A stretch of 64,000 nt of DNA from positions 28,495-92,494 of IMG/VR virus record IMGVR_UViG_3300017917_003339; one strand, given 5' to 3'. Positions 35,632 to 45,482 of the stretch are shown here, piece after piece. The notes under the pieces were generated by a model. It worked only from the letters and a program-made list of their open reading frames with translations. It searched no databases and had not been told where the DNA came from. The position numbers and the translations under genes were made by a program. Source of the stretch: a virus. How positions within the stretch are numbered: the first letter of the stretch is position 1; every line of letters starts with the position of its first letter.

Positions 35632-35668
35632 TGCAAAGATACTAAAAGTTCTAATACAAGTCAAGTTT
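35632..35668 (-). promoter_or_regulatory. promoter of tRNA operon 3
   Basis: ACTTGACT...GTATCTTTGCA. Confidence 0.75.
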
Positions 35669-35694
35669 TTTTTGAAAAAAATTTTTAAAAAATT

Positions 35695-36147
35695 TTAATT
35701 TACGTCTTTTAGTGAGTCACCACCCATGGTTTGTCCAGTAGAACAACTACCCTTTTTCTCCCCACGTTTACAAGCCTTATTCACTTCTAGGCCGTCTAAC
35801 CCAACATCTGGTTTTCTAGCTAATTTTTTTAAATATCTCTTGTATTCCTCTTCATCTGTAAAACCAGCCGCTGCCATAGTTCTTAAGAAGTCTTCACGTT
35901 TTTTACCAGATATTTCATCACGGTTTAATTGAACTATTTTTTGAATTTCAGCTCTTTTCTCTTGTGGTGAAAGAGTGGTGATTTTTTGGATTGAATCAAT
36001 CTTAGCTTTATATTCTGGTTTTATTTGTCCCCATGATAATCCAGTCATCATAAGAAGACCAGCCAAGAATGGTTTTATACCTTCTTCTATTGGTTCTTCT
36101 TTTTTCAATAAGGATTCTCTAAGTAGTTGTTTTATTAAAGGTTTCAT
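35695..36147 (-). CDS. putative late protein (MKPLIKQLLRE) with hydrophobic segment
   Basis: N-terminal motif, ATATTTAT upstream. Confidence 0.6.
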   Translation of the reverse strand: MKPLIKQLLRESLLKKEEPIEEGIKPFLAGLLMMTGLSWGQIKPEYKAKIDSIQKITTLSPQEKRAEIQKIVQLNRDEISGKKREDFLRTMAAAGFTDEEEYKRYLKKLARKPDVGLDGLEVNKACKRGEKKGSCSTGQTMGGDSLKDVN

Positions 36148-36199
36148 ATCTTTGTTTTAGTAATAAATATTTACATATCATAAAAACATCGATATATTT

Positions 36200-36529
36200 A
36201 TGATTATGGGATATGTTTATTTACTACTACAGATTGATTTTGAAGGCAAAGAGTCTTATAAGATTGGTATTACCAAAAATGACCCAAACCTTAGAGTTAA
36301 ACAACTTCAAACGGGGAACCCAAACAAGATTAGTCTTCATAGAAAATATGAAACACCTAACTACTTAAAGGTAGAAAAATGGCTTCATAGACAATACTTT
36401 GAAAAGACTGAGGCTAAAAATGAATGGAGAACACTTACAGATGAGCAAGTATTCTCCTTTCTTGATGACTGCCAAGCAGCCGATAATACCATTCAATTCT
36501 TGTTAGACAACAACAGCTTCTACAAATAA
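36200..36529 (+). CDS. GIY-YIG / T5orf172-family protein
   Basis: GYVYLL..YKIGIT..RVKQLQTGNP..EW. Confidence 0.85.
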   Translation: MIMGYVYLLLQIDFEGKESYKIGITKNDPNLRVKQLQTGNPNKISLHRKYETPNYLKVEKWLHRQYFEKTEAKNEWRTLTDEQVFSFLDDCQAADNTIQFLLDNNSFYK

Positions 36530-37021
36530 TACGTTGTACGCTTCTAAGAATGTTTTTTTGGCTTTTGCGTGGTCCCAACATTGAAAAATTTTGGTATCAT
36601 CTAATACCAAATTTTCCCATTCAATTTGTAACATTCTAGCATCAATTTCTTTTACCGTTTCATTCAACGGATATTCAAAACCAAATTTGTCAGCAATCAT
36701 AAGCATAAGATTGTGTTCACATTCTTTGTATTCTGGTAGTCTAGCTTTTATGGGTGTTGGAATGTCGCCCAAATAAGCTTCACTCGCATCATGCATAAGT
36801 GCAGCTTTTTTGTCTTCAAAAGAAGATGCTTTCATCATACACATAACACTGTGTTGTGCTACGGAATAATGCCTGTTCAAATGACCACCAAATCTAGGCA
36901 CCGATGCCAATGCATGTGCTATGTCTTCAATAGCGATGACATCTTTTGTTGGTTCAAAAACATTTATAAAGAGTCCAGAATTAGTTCTGATACATCCTTT
37001 AGGTGATTCGTGTATATCCAT
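36503..37021 (-). CDS. HD-domain phosphohydrolase (YfdR/5'-deoxynucleotidase-like)
   Basis: IAHALA..RFGGH, YSVAQHSV, LMHDASEAYLGDIPTP. Confidence 0.9.
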   Translation of the reverse strand: MDIHESPKGCIRTNSGLFINVFEPTKDVIAIEDIAHALASVPRFGGHLNRHYSVAQHSVMCMMKASSFEDKKAALMHDASEAYLGDIPTPIKARLPEYKECEHNLMLMIADKFGFEYPLNETVKEIDARMLQIEWENLVLDDTKIFQCWDHAKAKKTFLEAYNVLFVEAVVV

Positions 37022-37024
37022 AGA

Positions 37025-38275
37025 TTAAAAATTAAATGGCCAAAAATTGAATTTGGACTTTTTAGGTTTGTAAAACTCTTTTCTGATTTTGGTAAGAAGT
37101 TTATTTACCAACTCTTTGTCTACGTTATTAGGTAGATTTGAGTTTTCGAATACTTCATCCATATTTTCAATGGCTTTGTCAGCGATGTCAATGAGCGAGT
37201 CTAAATCAACTTCACCACGTCTGATTGCTAGAAGTTCTTGAGCATCTGGTCGTCTTACGATAATACCCTTACCTTCACCAATTTCAGTAGCCATTCTAAT
37301 AAGACGCATACAGTGCATCATATTCTTACCGTCAATTCTTTGACCATGTTCTTGAGTTTCAACGTAACGAGCTTCGTTACGGTTCTCAAGCCATTCTTGG
37401 TATTCTTTGTAATCCTTACAGTGTTCTGAATAACCGTCTTTGTTATAAACGATTGTACAGATTGATTTCTCACCCTTTGGAATACTAGAAAGACGTAGTT
37501 GGTTAGAGATACCGTAGTTAACCTTACCATCTTCATCTTCATGACCAGTGTTAACAAGTCCTTTATACCCAAGACCCATTGGCTTGCCAGCATCTTTGAG
37601 AATTTGTTTCATTTTCTCTCTGGTTTCTTCATCATTAGCATTTGTATGAATCATTGCTGCTGTTCTATCATAAAACAAAGCATAAACATCTCTAGCGTTT
37701 GGTACATTTACAGCACCGATGAATTTTTCGTTGAAACCACGACCTTTGTTCCATTTTCTCCATGGGATTGATTTTTCACCTTCAAGAACATAACAGAAGT
37801 CTAACAAGTCTTTTCTTGTTACCTTGTCTTTCTCCCAGTTTTGTTTCTTGTTAAGACCCTTGGCTTTCTTGATTTGCTGTCTTGCATAACCACCAAATGA
37901 ATCCTTACAGATTTTGGTAATGAAGTCTTCTTTGTGCGCAAGAATAAGGTCAAAAAGCGGGTGCTTATGAACAATACAATCCTCTGGGCTGTTAAGAAGT
38001 TCAAGAACTGTTGGGTTGTTAGAACCCATTAGTTCAAGGAAACGCCTAATCTCCCAACCAGTGTAATCTTTATTTACGTTAATTTGTTCTACATACCCAG
38101 TACCTAGGATGTAATCCTCAGGCAATATGTAAACAAATTTCTTGTCGATGTCACTTGCAGGTGTTTGCGTACCGTATGCTTGAGAACCGATAATGGTTTC
38201 AAACAAGATAAGGCCGTTTTCCACAAGGAACTCATGTGTTATTTGTTTACTCATAATTCTTTTAATTTTTTGCAA
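37025..38275 (-). CDS. nucleotidyltransferase domain protein
   Basis: GSQAYG..SDID, NPTVLELL, KNMMHCMRL. Confidence 0.85.
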   Translation of the reverse strand: MQKIKRIMSKQITHEFLVENGLILFETIIGSQAYGTQTPASDIDKKFVYILPEDYILGTGYVEQINVNKDYTGWEIRRFLELMGSNNPTVLELLNSPEDCIVHKHPLFDLILAHKEDFITKICKDSFGGYARQQIKKAKGLNKKQNWEKDKVTRKDLLDFCYVLEGEKSIPWRKWNKGRGFNEKFIGAVNVPNARDVYALFYDRTAAMIHTNANDEETREKMKQILKDAGKPMGLGYKGLVNTGHEDEDGKVNYGISNQLRLSSIPKGEKSICTIVYNKDGYSEHCKDYKEYQEWLENRNEARYVETQEHGQRIDGKNMMHCMRLIRMATEIGEGKGIIVRRPDAQELLAIRRGEVDLDSLIDIADKAIENMDEVFENSNLPNNVDKELVNKLLTKIRKEFYKPKKSKFNFWPFNF

Positions 38276-38323
38276 AGATACATAATTTATTTCTAACCAC
38301 CAAATATTTATAATAAAAACGTC

Positions 38324-38665
38324 ATGTGGAAAGAAATTAAAAAATTTTTTGGAGAGACATTTAAGGATGAGCGTGGTCGTTATTCATCTAAGCGTCTTAT
38401 TGGTATTATCGCAGGTTTAACACTATGCGTTACTCTAGTTTTAAATAGTTTTTACAATGAATCAATTAAACCATCAGATACGCTAGTCTATGCTGTAGCT
38501 ATGTTGTCATTTGGTTGTTTGGGGCTTGCCTCAATTGATAAAATCTGGGGTAGAGTGCAAATGCCATATACACCAAAAGAAAACGAATATAATTCAGATA
38601 CTTACCCTGACACTGGGACCAACACAGTACCAGATAGTGAAGAACCACTTATTACACCACAATAA
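38324..38665 (+). CDS. two-TM membrane protein (holin-like)
   Basis: SSKRLIG followed by two hydrophobic helices; ATATTTATA upstream. Confidence 0.55.
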   Translation: MWKEIKKFFGETFKDERGRYSSKRLIGIIAGLTLCVTLVLNSFYNESIKPSDTLVYAVAMLSFGCLGLASIDKIWGRVQMPYTPKENEYNSDTYPDTGTNTVPDSEEPLITPQ

Positions 38666-38675
38666 TTTAAAAGGG

Positions 38676-39200
38676 CTATTTTATGTAGCCCTTTTTTATT
38701 AACTCATGCAAGTATTCTGAGTGTTCTATATTTTTTTCGTTGGCATACCCAATACTCATGTGCATTCCAAAAAAGGGTCTCCCTAATCCTAACTCAGTTC
38801 TTATGGATTGTAACAATTCTCTTTCTTCGTGAGGAATATTAAACCACCATGTTCTACCATCAGTCCTTGGGTCCAAATCAATCACAAGTGGAATTTTTTT
38901 CCCATGCCATTTTTGTTTGGTAGTTTCCCACGCATTTAAAACCTCTTCCTCGGACTTTTCTCCGTTCTGGGTTAAATCCTTCATACTGTCGTTAATAAAC
39001 GAAATATGAGCCCCTCTGAGTGGTTTATTGAGCGGTAAGTTGTATCTTCTTTTTATAAACCATGCGTAATATTCGCATATCTCACCATCCACCATAACCA
39101 TGGCTACTTTTTTCCATGATGCTTGATTTAAGTGTTTCTTTGTCTTGTCCTCAGGCTCAAACTCAATCTTGCCTGTAAGGTGTAATATTTTGGTTTCCAT
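38676..39200 (-). CDS. hypothetical protein, possible 2H-phosphoesterase fold
   Basis: HISF and HMSI motifs. Confidence 0.55.
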   Translation of the reverse strand: METKILHLTGKIEFEPEDKTKKHLNQASWKKVAMVMVDGEICEYYAWFIKRRYNLPLNKPLRGAHISFINDSMKDLTQNGEKSEEEVLNAWETTKQKWHGKKIPLVIDLDPRTDGRTWWFNIPHEERELLQSIRTELGLGRPFFGMHMSIGYANEKNIEHSEYLHELIKKGYIK

Positions 39201-39582
39201 TGATTGCTAATAAATCGTTAATAATTTGTCTATCAATCTCGTTTGCTATTTCTTGGGCTAATAAATTTTCTAGTTCAGCTGTTACATCAATTCCATGGAA
39301 CTCTTGTAAGTCTTGTGCCATTTCAACAGACCAATAAACTGGTCTCTTGTAGGCTGAACCAAAAGAATCTTTATCTAATCCATTAGCAAACGCCCATCTT
39401 CTAAATACTTTTTCACAAGCTAAAATGTCAAAATCAAAAACAATATGACACTCAAGGACTATGTCCTGACCATATTCTAATTGAGTTGTGTTGACATGAT
39501 AAAATTTATTATCACGAACGTAATAATGTCTGTCTAAGTATTTGTTTAGGGTTTTTTTAATGTCAATGGGTTTCATACACAA
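39163..39582 (-). CDS. protein carrying a gp23-like major-capsid segment
   Basis: WSVEMAQDLQEFHGIDVTAELENLLAQEIANEIDRQIINDL. Confidence 0.7.
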   Translation of the reverse strand: MCMKPIDIKKTLNKYLDRHYYVRDNKFYHVNTTQLEYGQDIVLECHIVFDFDILACEKVFRRWAFANGLDKDSFGSAYKRPVYWSVEMAQDLQEFHGIDVTAELENLLAQEIANEIDRQIINDLLAINGNQNITPYRQD

Positions 39583-39612
39583 TTATACGAAACCCATAGA
39601 TATTAGTAAATG

Positions 39613-40374
39613 TTAAGCTAACCTAAGTGGTTTTAAATAATCTCTTAAAAAGACATTTTTTTCACCACCAACTCTTTCAACCCATGCAGCGTAGTTTTTG
39701 TTGTTGGCTTCTTCCCACTTTGCATACTCTTTGTCAGATGGTGTTTTGTGTGATGGCCAAGTGTATGGTGTTCCAACAAAGTCTGGGTATAACTCTCGGT
39801 TGAATACTCTTTCATCCACCAAGAATACAACAGCTGTTAATTGGTCACCCAAGTCTGGTTCGTTAAACTCTGCTGTTAACACACCGTTGTCTTTTAGAGT
39901 CTGAGCGTGTTTGTTTAGAGTACCAAGTCTGTCAATCGTATTGTTGGTTGTACCACCGTTAAGGATAATAAATGTTTTATCATTCTTAGCCCATTTGTTG
40001 TAAATATCAACATGCGGCTTCATATCACGAGTGTTTTGTTGGTACTCAACCACAGCATGACCAAACTGAATACCTTGTTGAATCGGACTCAAATTGTAAG
40101 GTACGAGACCGTACATTCTGTATTCCAAATACATTTCAGTTTTTCTTGGCATCGAGTTCGCTTTTACCTTGCATTGTGACAACGCTTCAAGAAATTCATC
40201 CTTAGGCATTGATGGAAATGTAAAGTAATGTTTCTCTTTTGAACCGTCCAATTCTAGTGGCCATTCATTTAGGTCCAAGACTCTTATTTTAAGTTCTAAA
40301 CACCATTGGTATGGTGATTTAAATTCTAATTCTTCCATTAGTTTTCCATTTGTATTAAGTGAGAAATTGTACAT
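39613..40374 (-). CDS. Pth2-like (peptidyl-tRNA hydrolase II fold) domain protein
   Basis: LSPIQQGIQFGHAVVE, FNEPDLGDQLTAV. Confidence 0.6.
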   Translation of the reverse strand: MYNFSLNTNGKLMEELEFKSPYQWCLELKIRVLDLNEWPLELDGSKEKHYFTFPSMPKDEFLEALSQCKVKANSMPRKTEMYLEYRMYGLVPYNLSPIQQGIQFGHAVVEYQQNTRDMKPHVDIYNKWAKNDKTFIILNGGTTNNTIDRLGTLNKHAQTLKDNGVLTAEFNEPDLGDQLTAVVFLVDERVFNRELYPDFVGTPYTWPSHKTPSDKEYAKWEEANNKNYAAWVERVGGEKNVFLRDYLKPLRLA

Positions 40375-41627
40375 TGCGCTGGGTTGTAAACGATGAACTC
40401 ATCATTTCTTAAGTCAGCACCACCATGAGCATACACACTATCAAAATTGTCTTTTTGAATGTTTGAATAACTCAAAGTGTAGCATGAAGAATCATGCTTG
40501 TAGATGTGTTTCTCGTTTCCTAAATGCACATCAAACAAGGCTAGGAAACCTACGTTAGAGTTACCTCTGGTCCAATAAGAACCAGAGAGTGAACTGTAGC
40601 CTAACGATTTTTGGCTTTTGTTGGCGAAATAAATACCGTCACCAAACATCGAACCTGTGTAAACAGCACCTGAAGGTCTAATCATAAGACCAGTCTGGAT
40701 GATGTTAAACCAGTTCTCATTTCTTGAACCGTGCCAGTAAAGTCTTTTCTTTTTAACTCTGGCCGTGTTAAAGTGTTTGTCGAAGCGTTCTTGGGTTGCA
40801 ATGTTAACAACCTTGAAAATCTTCTTGGCTTTGCTGGCGTTATCACCCAACAATTTGGTAATAAGACTTAGCATTTCAGCGTCTTTCTCAACCTCAACCT
40901 TAAGACCCATTTGAGTAAGAATGTCAATGTCTGACATTTCTTTACCAGTAGTCTCCACAGATTGTTTTTGTTGTTTGATAAGCTTAACTTGACCAGCCAT
41001 GGTGTCCAACGCACTTTGTTCTTCACCCAAGAGTCTTTGGGCTTTTTCCAATTGGTCGTCATTGTCAAGACCTTGCACCAAGTGGTTCTTTACGTTGTCC
41101 ATTTTACGTGGAATGATTGTAAATAAACGTAACAACTCGTTGTTCACCTCTTTGGTATCACCACCAACCTTAAGCATAGCGGTAATCTTAGATAACACTT
41201 CTTGTGCGGCATCAACTTGTTGTTCAGAAACAGCGTCTTGAGTAACCTTATAGTTCTTCTGAATGGATTTATTCGCGTATGCCATAAGGTCTTGAACCAA
41301 TTTCTTAACCATGGCATCTTTGATGGCATCTACCGCATTGTTTTTTGGGTCACCGTTTGTGTTATCAACAACTGGTTCGGCCAATAACTCAGTTACATCA
41401 GTGTAACCCTTGGTAGATGAGGTTTTTTCTCTTAAGATTTTATCCCATTCATGTTTGTTTTTGTAAACAACAGACATGTTTTTACCAACACGACCGTATT
41501 CACATTTAATTCTACCATCAGCAAGCTCTTCCATGATATAGACTTTGTTGCTGTTATCTGTTTTGCCATTGTCGACCGATACGTGAATCAACTTGGCATA
41601 TCTTAAACCGTTTTCTTTAACAATCAT
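40338..41627 (-). CDS. WGR + PARP regulatory + PARP catalytic domain protein
   Basis: YGRVG, FTIIPR, YWHGSR, GSMFGDGIYFA, NDEFIVY (H-Y-E triad). Confidence 0.9.
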   Translation of the reverse strand: MIVKENGLRYAKLIHVSVDNGKTDNSNKVYIMEELADGRIKCEYGRVGKNMSVVYKNKHEWDKILREKTSSTKGYTDVTELLAEPVVDNTNGDPKNNAVDAIKDAMVKKLVQDLMAYANKSIQKNYKVTQDAVSEQQVDAAQEVLSKITAMLKVGGDTKEVNNELLRLFTIIPRKMDNVKNHLVQGLDNDDQLEKAQRLLGEEQSALDTMAGQVKLIKQQKQSVETTGKEMSDIDILTQMGLKVEVEKDAEMLSLITKLLGDNASKAKKIFKVVNIATQERFDKHFNTARVKKKRLYWHGSRNENWFNIIQTGLMIRPSGAVYTGSMFGDGIYFANKSQKSLGYSSLSGSYWTRGNSNVGFLALFDVHLGNEKHIYKHDSSCYTLSYSNIQKDNFDSVYAHGGADLRNDEFIVYNPAQCTISHLIQMEN

Positions 41628-41679
41628 ACTTTCACATTTATTTTTGCAAAGATATTAAATCTTTTTTATACTTCCAAAT

Positions 41680-41886
41680 TTATTTCCATTTTTTTGTAAC
41701 GTCTTCCAAGATACTTTGATTCTCATTGACAAAACGTAAGAATAATGGTTGTAGTTCTGGTGGCAATGGATAACCATTCATATAAACCACATCCATAACG
41801 ACTTCGATTTCTTGACCAGCTTGAAGTGGCATATTTCTAGCCACCTCAACATTTTTGGTCAATTTAAAAACTTTCTCAGTAATCAT
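41680..41886 (-). CDS. hypothetical protein
   Basis: ORF. Confidence 0.6.
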   Translation of the reverse strand: MITEKVFKLTKNVEVARNMPLQAGQEIEVVMDVVYMNGYPLPPELQPLFLRFVNENQSILEDVTKKWK

Positions 41887-42323
41887 TATGCACCAAGAGA
41901 TTTTCTGATTTCTTCAAGCTCCATTTGTGCTCTAAGCTCTGGGCTGATTAATTTGTTAAGACGTTCCTCAAGCATTTCCAACTCTTTTTTCTTCATTGTA
42001 ATCTCGATTTTGTCGATTCTTGTTTTGATGTCTTCAGCCCAATCATCAAATGTGAAGTTAAACCATTTGAACTCTAAGTTGGTTCCGATGATTTTTTGTG
42101 CCTCATTGAACGCGTTGCGTTTCTCACATAAGAACCCTAAGATGTTAACCAAGTCTTCCACGTTACCACATACTTGTAGGTTGATGCTGGCAGCTGAATC
42201 TTTGCTGTATCTGAAAGCACAGTTAGTGTTCCAGTTAGGTCTTTCAGCCTTAGCGATGGCTGCTTTTTTCTCGTTAACAATCTTGGTTAACTCTTGTACT
42301 AATTTGTCGTTGTTTGCACTCAT
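41886..42323 (-). CDS. hypothetical protein
   Basis: ORF. Confidence 0.7.
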   Translation of the reverse strand: MSANNDKLVQELTKIVNEKKAAIAKAERPNWNTNCAFRYSKDSAASINLQVCGNVEDLVNILGFLCEKRNAFNEAQKIIGTNLEFKWFNFTFDDWAEDIKTRIDKIEITMKKKELEMLEERLNKLISPELRAQMELEEIRKSLGA

Positions 42324-42325
42324 AA

Positions 42326-43672
42326 TTAAAATACTAATACTCTGTTTTTGTTATTTTTATTTACTGTTACTAATTTTAGTTTCATATCCTTAAGTGTTTG
42401 GTATGAAATCTTTTCGATTAATTTTGGTTTGATGGTTTTCAATTTAATATCACCATCTTTAATAGTGACAACTTTTTTAGCTGTCAACTTGTAAGTCTTA
42501 ATTCTATTTCTAGAATTTCTATTGTAATAATAGCTAGCGTTAGGATACTCAACATCATCTGTTTCTAAAACATATTCTTCGTATTGGTTATTACCCAAAG
42601 GTAAATAACAATGACCAATAGTCTCATGTGAATGATGTGAATACATTAACTCTGTTGGGATATAAGCATCAATCTCTTCAACGTTGCTAATAACACCACT
42701 GTGTTTAGAAGCGTTGAATTCATCCAATAATTCAGCATAGTTTGATACTGGGGTGTCACTTGTTCTCATCGCAAATTTGGTAAGACCATTAAACGATTCA
42801 ACTCTTTCACCATATCTAGGTTTTTCAACCTTGTAGAATACATGTCTTTTTACACAGCTAACTTTATCATGTCTGTCAGAACTGTATCTGTAATGTTCTT
42901 CAAACCAATTGAATCTACCCAAATATATGTAATCTTCCATTTGTTTGGTTCTGTATGTACAACCCTCAACCAAGTCTTTAACACCGATTTTTTGTGATTG
43001 CATTTCAGTGAACTTCTGTGATTCTTGGTAATCAGAACTGGTTGTTGGTAACAATACCAAATCCTTACCATCCCAAGCGTAAACAAAAGTACCTTCAAGA
43101 CCCTTACCTTTCATCGCGTTGCATTCTTGAAGAATGAACAATAAGTTAGGAACACTGATTTCAAATTCGAAACCTCTTGGGTCGTAAACACGACAATAAG
43201 TTGACCTGTGGTCCCAACCATTAGAATAACCACCAACTTTTTTGTTCAATACAAAACCCTCAGTTGGTACGTTGTCAAACTCGATTGGTTTTAAACCTTC
43301 ATCAGAAGAAACTCTACCAAGACTAGGTTGGTATTTTTCATAAGCAGGGACTCTTTGATTAATATACTCTTCTTCTGTCATTTCAGCATATTGTTTATAC
43401 CAAGAATATCTGTTAGGGTCTTGAGCATAAGACTTAACATAATCAGCATGGTTTTTTTTCTCTCTAGCAATATTGTCGTTATATTGCTGTCTTCTTTTTT
43501 GTTGATAAGTATCATCATCCATAAAATGATATCTCCAACCATCCCATGATGGTTCTTTACGCCATTTTTTACCGTCAAAGCCGATAACATAACCCAATTT
43601 TCCACTATAAGTATCGGTTCTTGGGTTAAAACCAACCTTAACTTTTTCTGCAATAAATAGTTTTGAATTCAT
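42326..43672 (-). CDS. hypothetical phage protein
   Basis: 448 aa; RVYDPRGFEFEIS motif. Confidence 0.7.
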   Translation of the reverse strand: MNSKLFIAEKVKVGFNPRTDTYSGKLGYVIGFDGKKWRKEPSWDGWRYHFMDDDTYQQKRRQQYNDNIAREKKNHADYVKSYAQDPNRYSWYKQYAEMTEEEYINQRVPAYEKYQPSLGRVSSDEGLKPIEFDNVPTEGFVLNKKVGGYSNGWDHRSTYCRVYDPRGFEFEISVPNLLFILQECNAMKGKGLEGTFVYAWDGKDLVLLPTTSSDYQESQKFTEMQSQKIGVKDLVEGCTYRTKQMEDYIYLGRFNWFEEHYRYSSDRHDKVSCVKRHVFYKVEKPRYGERVESFNGLTKFAMRTSDTPVSNYAELLDEFNASKHSGVISNVEEIDAYIPTELMYSHHSHETIGHCYLPLGNNQYEEYVLETDDVEYPNASYYYNRNSRNRIKTYKLTAKKVVTIKDGDIKLKTIKPKLIEKISYQTLKDMKLKLVTVNKNNKNRVLVF

Positions 43673-43766
43673 TCGTTTTTTTTATTATTAATATACGTTA
43701 TTTTCTAAAAAAATAAAGAGTTTTCACCAAAAAAAGCGAACTTTTTTCAGCTACTAACTCTTTGAT

Positions 43767-44807
43767 TTACACCAACTTAAAGAACATATCTCTAACCTTA
43801 GAAGAGATATATTTGTTCACATCTTTTGGTTCAATTTTGTTGTCAACCATGGTATCCATTTCCTCTTTGATAACGTCATTTACCACCCATCTGATTACAT
43901 CACCCAACTTGTTGTTTTGGATTGGTTCTTCGTTAGGGAAAACGTTTTCAAGCGCTTGGTTGAAACGGCTTTCAGTTACAGCGTATTCAACAAACTTTTG
44001 GATTGATTCCAATTTTTCGGTATCAACAGCAGCAAGTGTTTTTACTTTGCTTGAACTGTGTTTCTCACCCTTTACTTTGAAACGGTGTACGTTTCCGTTG
44101 AGAGTTGTTGACCATACGATACCTTCACCAATACCAGAGAAACCAAATGCCTTAGCAACTGGACATTCTTCTTCAACCGCAAGGGTAAGTTCTGACAATT
44201 TGTTTTGAACCAACTGAGGCATGTTGAAGTCGATATCGATTGTCCATGTTGGGTAATCGTCAATGTTGAAAATTCTGTTTTCTGGGCTTTTCAAGTATGA
44301 GTAATCAACCCAATAAGCTGGTTTAACTTTAGCATCTTCTTCTGTTGTGGTGTGAGGTGTAACTTTAACACCAAAGATGAAGAATGATTTTTCAATGTTA
44401 GTGATACCAACACCCTTTTGAATGTTACCACCAGCCCATTCACCGTAAATAGTTACAGTATTTTCAAGCATGTCGATTTCGTTTTTGGTGAAAATGCTAG
44501 CAATCAACTCAGTGAATAGTTCTTTGTTTGATTCAACAAAAAATGCGAAACCAGCGTTGTCTTTTTTAGGTGTGATAATGTTTTCACGAGACTGAGCCCA
44601 AATACCATCTGATAAATTACCAGATACAGCAGCGTTTGTACCGTGAAGTTTAACGGTACCCTTAAACGTAAGCGTTGGCTTTGGTCTGGTGGTATCATAG
44701 ATTGCATCACCGTTTTCGTCAAGACCAGCAAAATTGTATTGTCTAAGAACAGTAGCAACTACACTTCTGAATTGTTCAATAGACGGAAATTTAATCATTT
44801 TTTTCAT
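43767..44807 (-). CDS. RNA ligase (Rnl2-like)
   Basis: KLHGTN motif I, YGEW, GEGIVW, FKVKG. Confidence 0.85.
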   Translation of the reverse strand: MKKMIKFPSIEQFRSVVATVLRQYNFAGLDENGDAIYDTTRPKPTLTFKGTVKLHGTNAAVSGNLSDGIWAQSRENIITPKKDNAGFAFFVESNKELFTELIASIFTKNEIDMLENTVTIYGEWAGGNIQKGVGITNIEKSFFIFGVKVTPHTTTEEDAKVKPAYWVDYSYLKSPENRIFNIDDYPTWTIDIDFNMPQLVQNKLSELTLAVEEECPVAKAFGFSGIGEGIVWSTTLNGNVHRFKVKGEKHSSSKVKTLAAVDTEKLESIQKFVEYAVTESRFNQALENVFPNEEPIQNNKLGDVIRWVVNDVIKEEMDTMVDNKIEPKDVNKYISSKVRDMFFKLV

Positions 44808-44887
44808 AATCGTTAATTTTTACCTAGAAAAAATGGGTGCTGTTACACACCCATTTTTGTTTAAATTTATAATAAAATGGTTTGTGT

Positions 44888-45382
44888 TTAGAACGCTAAA
44901 CTAACACTTGGTGTTACATAATTCACACCATTCCAGTTGCTGTATGATAAACCGTAGCTTAAATCACCATAGCTTTTAGATACACCTAAACCGTATTCAA
45001 TAAAACCAGCGTCAGATGTTGCAAAGTAGCTACCAGCACCTAAAATTACACTACCAGTTACTGAACCCAAAGGAAATGTTGGTTGTACTCTTACTTCCCA
45101 GAAATAGTTTCTGAAATTTTCACCAGTTGTGTTTGACATTACATCACCGTTTAACTGGCCACGACCAACTGCTAAACCGTACATAACACCCTTACGAACG
45201 ATACCATACTCAACGCTGGCATAAGTGCTTTGACTGAAAGCTTGATGGTTATCACCTGTTCCAGCATTTGCCAAGGACAAACTTGCCGATACGTAATTTG
45301 TTTTTTCTTTTTTAGTTTCTTGGGCTTGTGCCGTAACTGTTAACGCGATGAACGCGATTAATGCATAAAATAAATTTTTCAT
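44888..45382 (-). CDS. secreted / outer-membrane beta-barrel protein
   Basis: Signal peptide MKNLFYALIAFIALTVTAQA, alternating beta strands, C-terminal F. Confidence 0.7.
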   Translation of the reverse strand: MKNLFYALIAFIALTVTAQAQETKKEKTNYVSASLSLANAGTGDNHQAFSQSTYASVEYGIVRKGVMYGLAVGRGQLNGDVMSNTTGENFRNYFWEVRVQPTFPLGSVTGSVILGAGSYFATSDAGFIEYGLGVSKSYGDLSYGLSYSNWNGVNYVTPSVSLAF

Positions 45383-45482
45383 AATTTTCTTGTTTTTGTG
45401 TTTAAAATTAAATTTTTTGTTATTAGGTTACAAAGTTACGAATTTATTTTAACTCTGTCAAATTTTTAATGTTATTTTTTTG

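Noticed and set aside
41812-42393. 193-aa plus-strand ORF and other long antisense ORFs (43762-44208, 49002-49538, 60102-60557)
   Set aside because: Shadow frames opposite well-supported minus-strand genes
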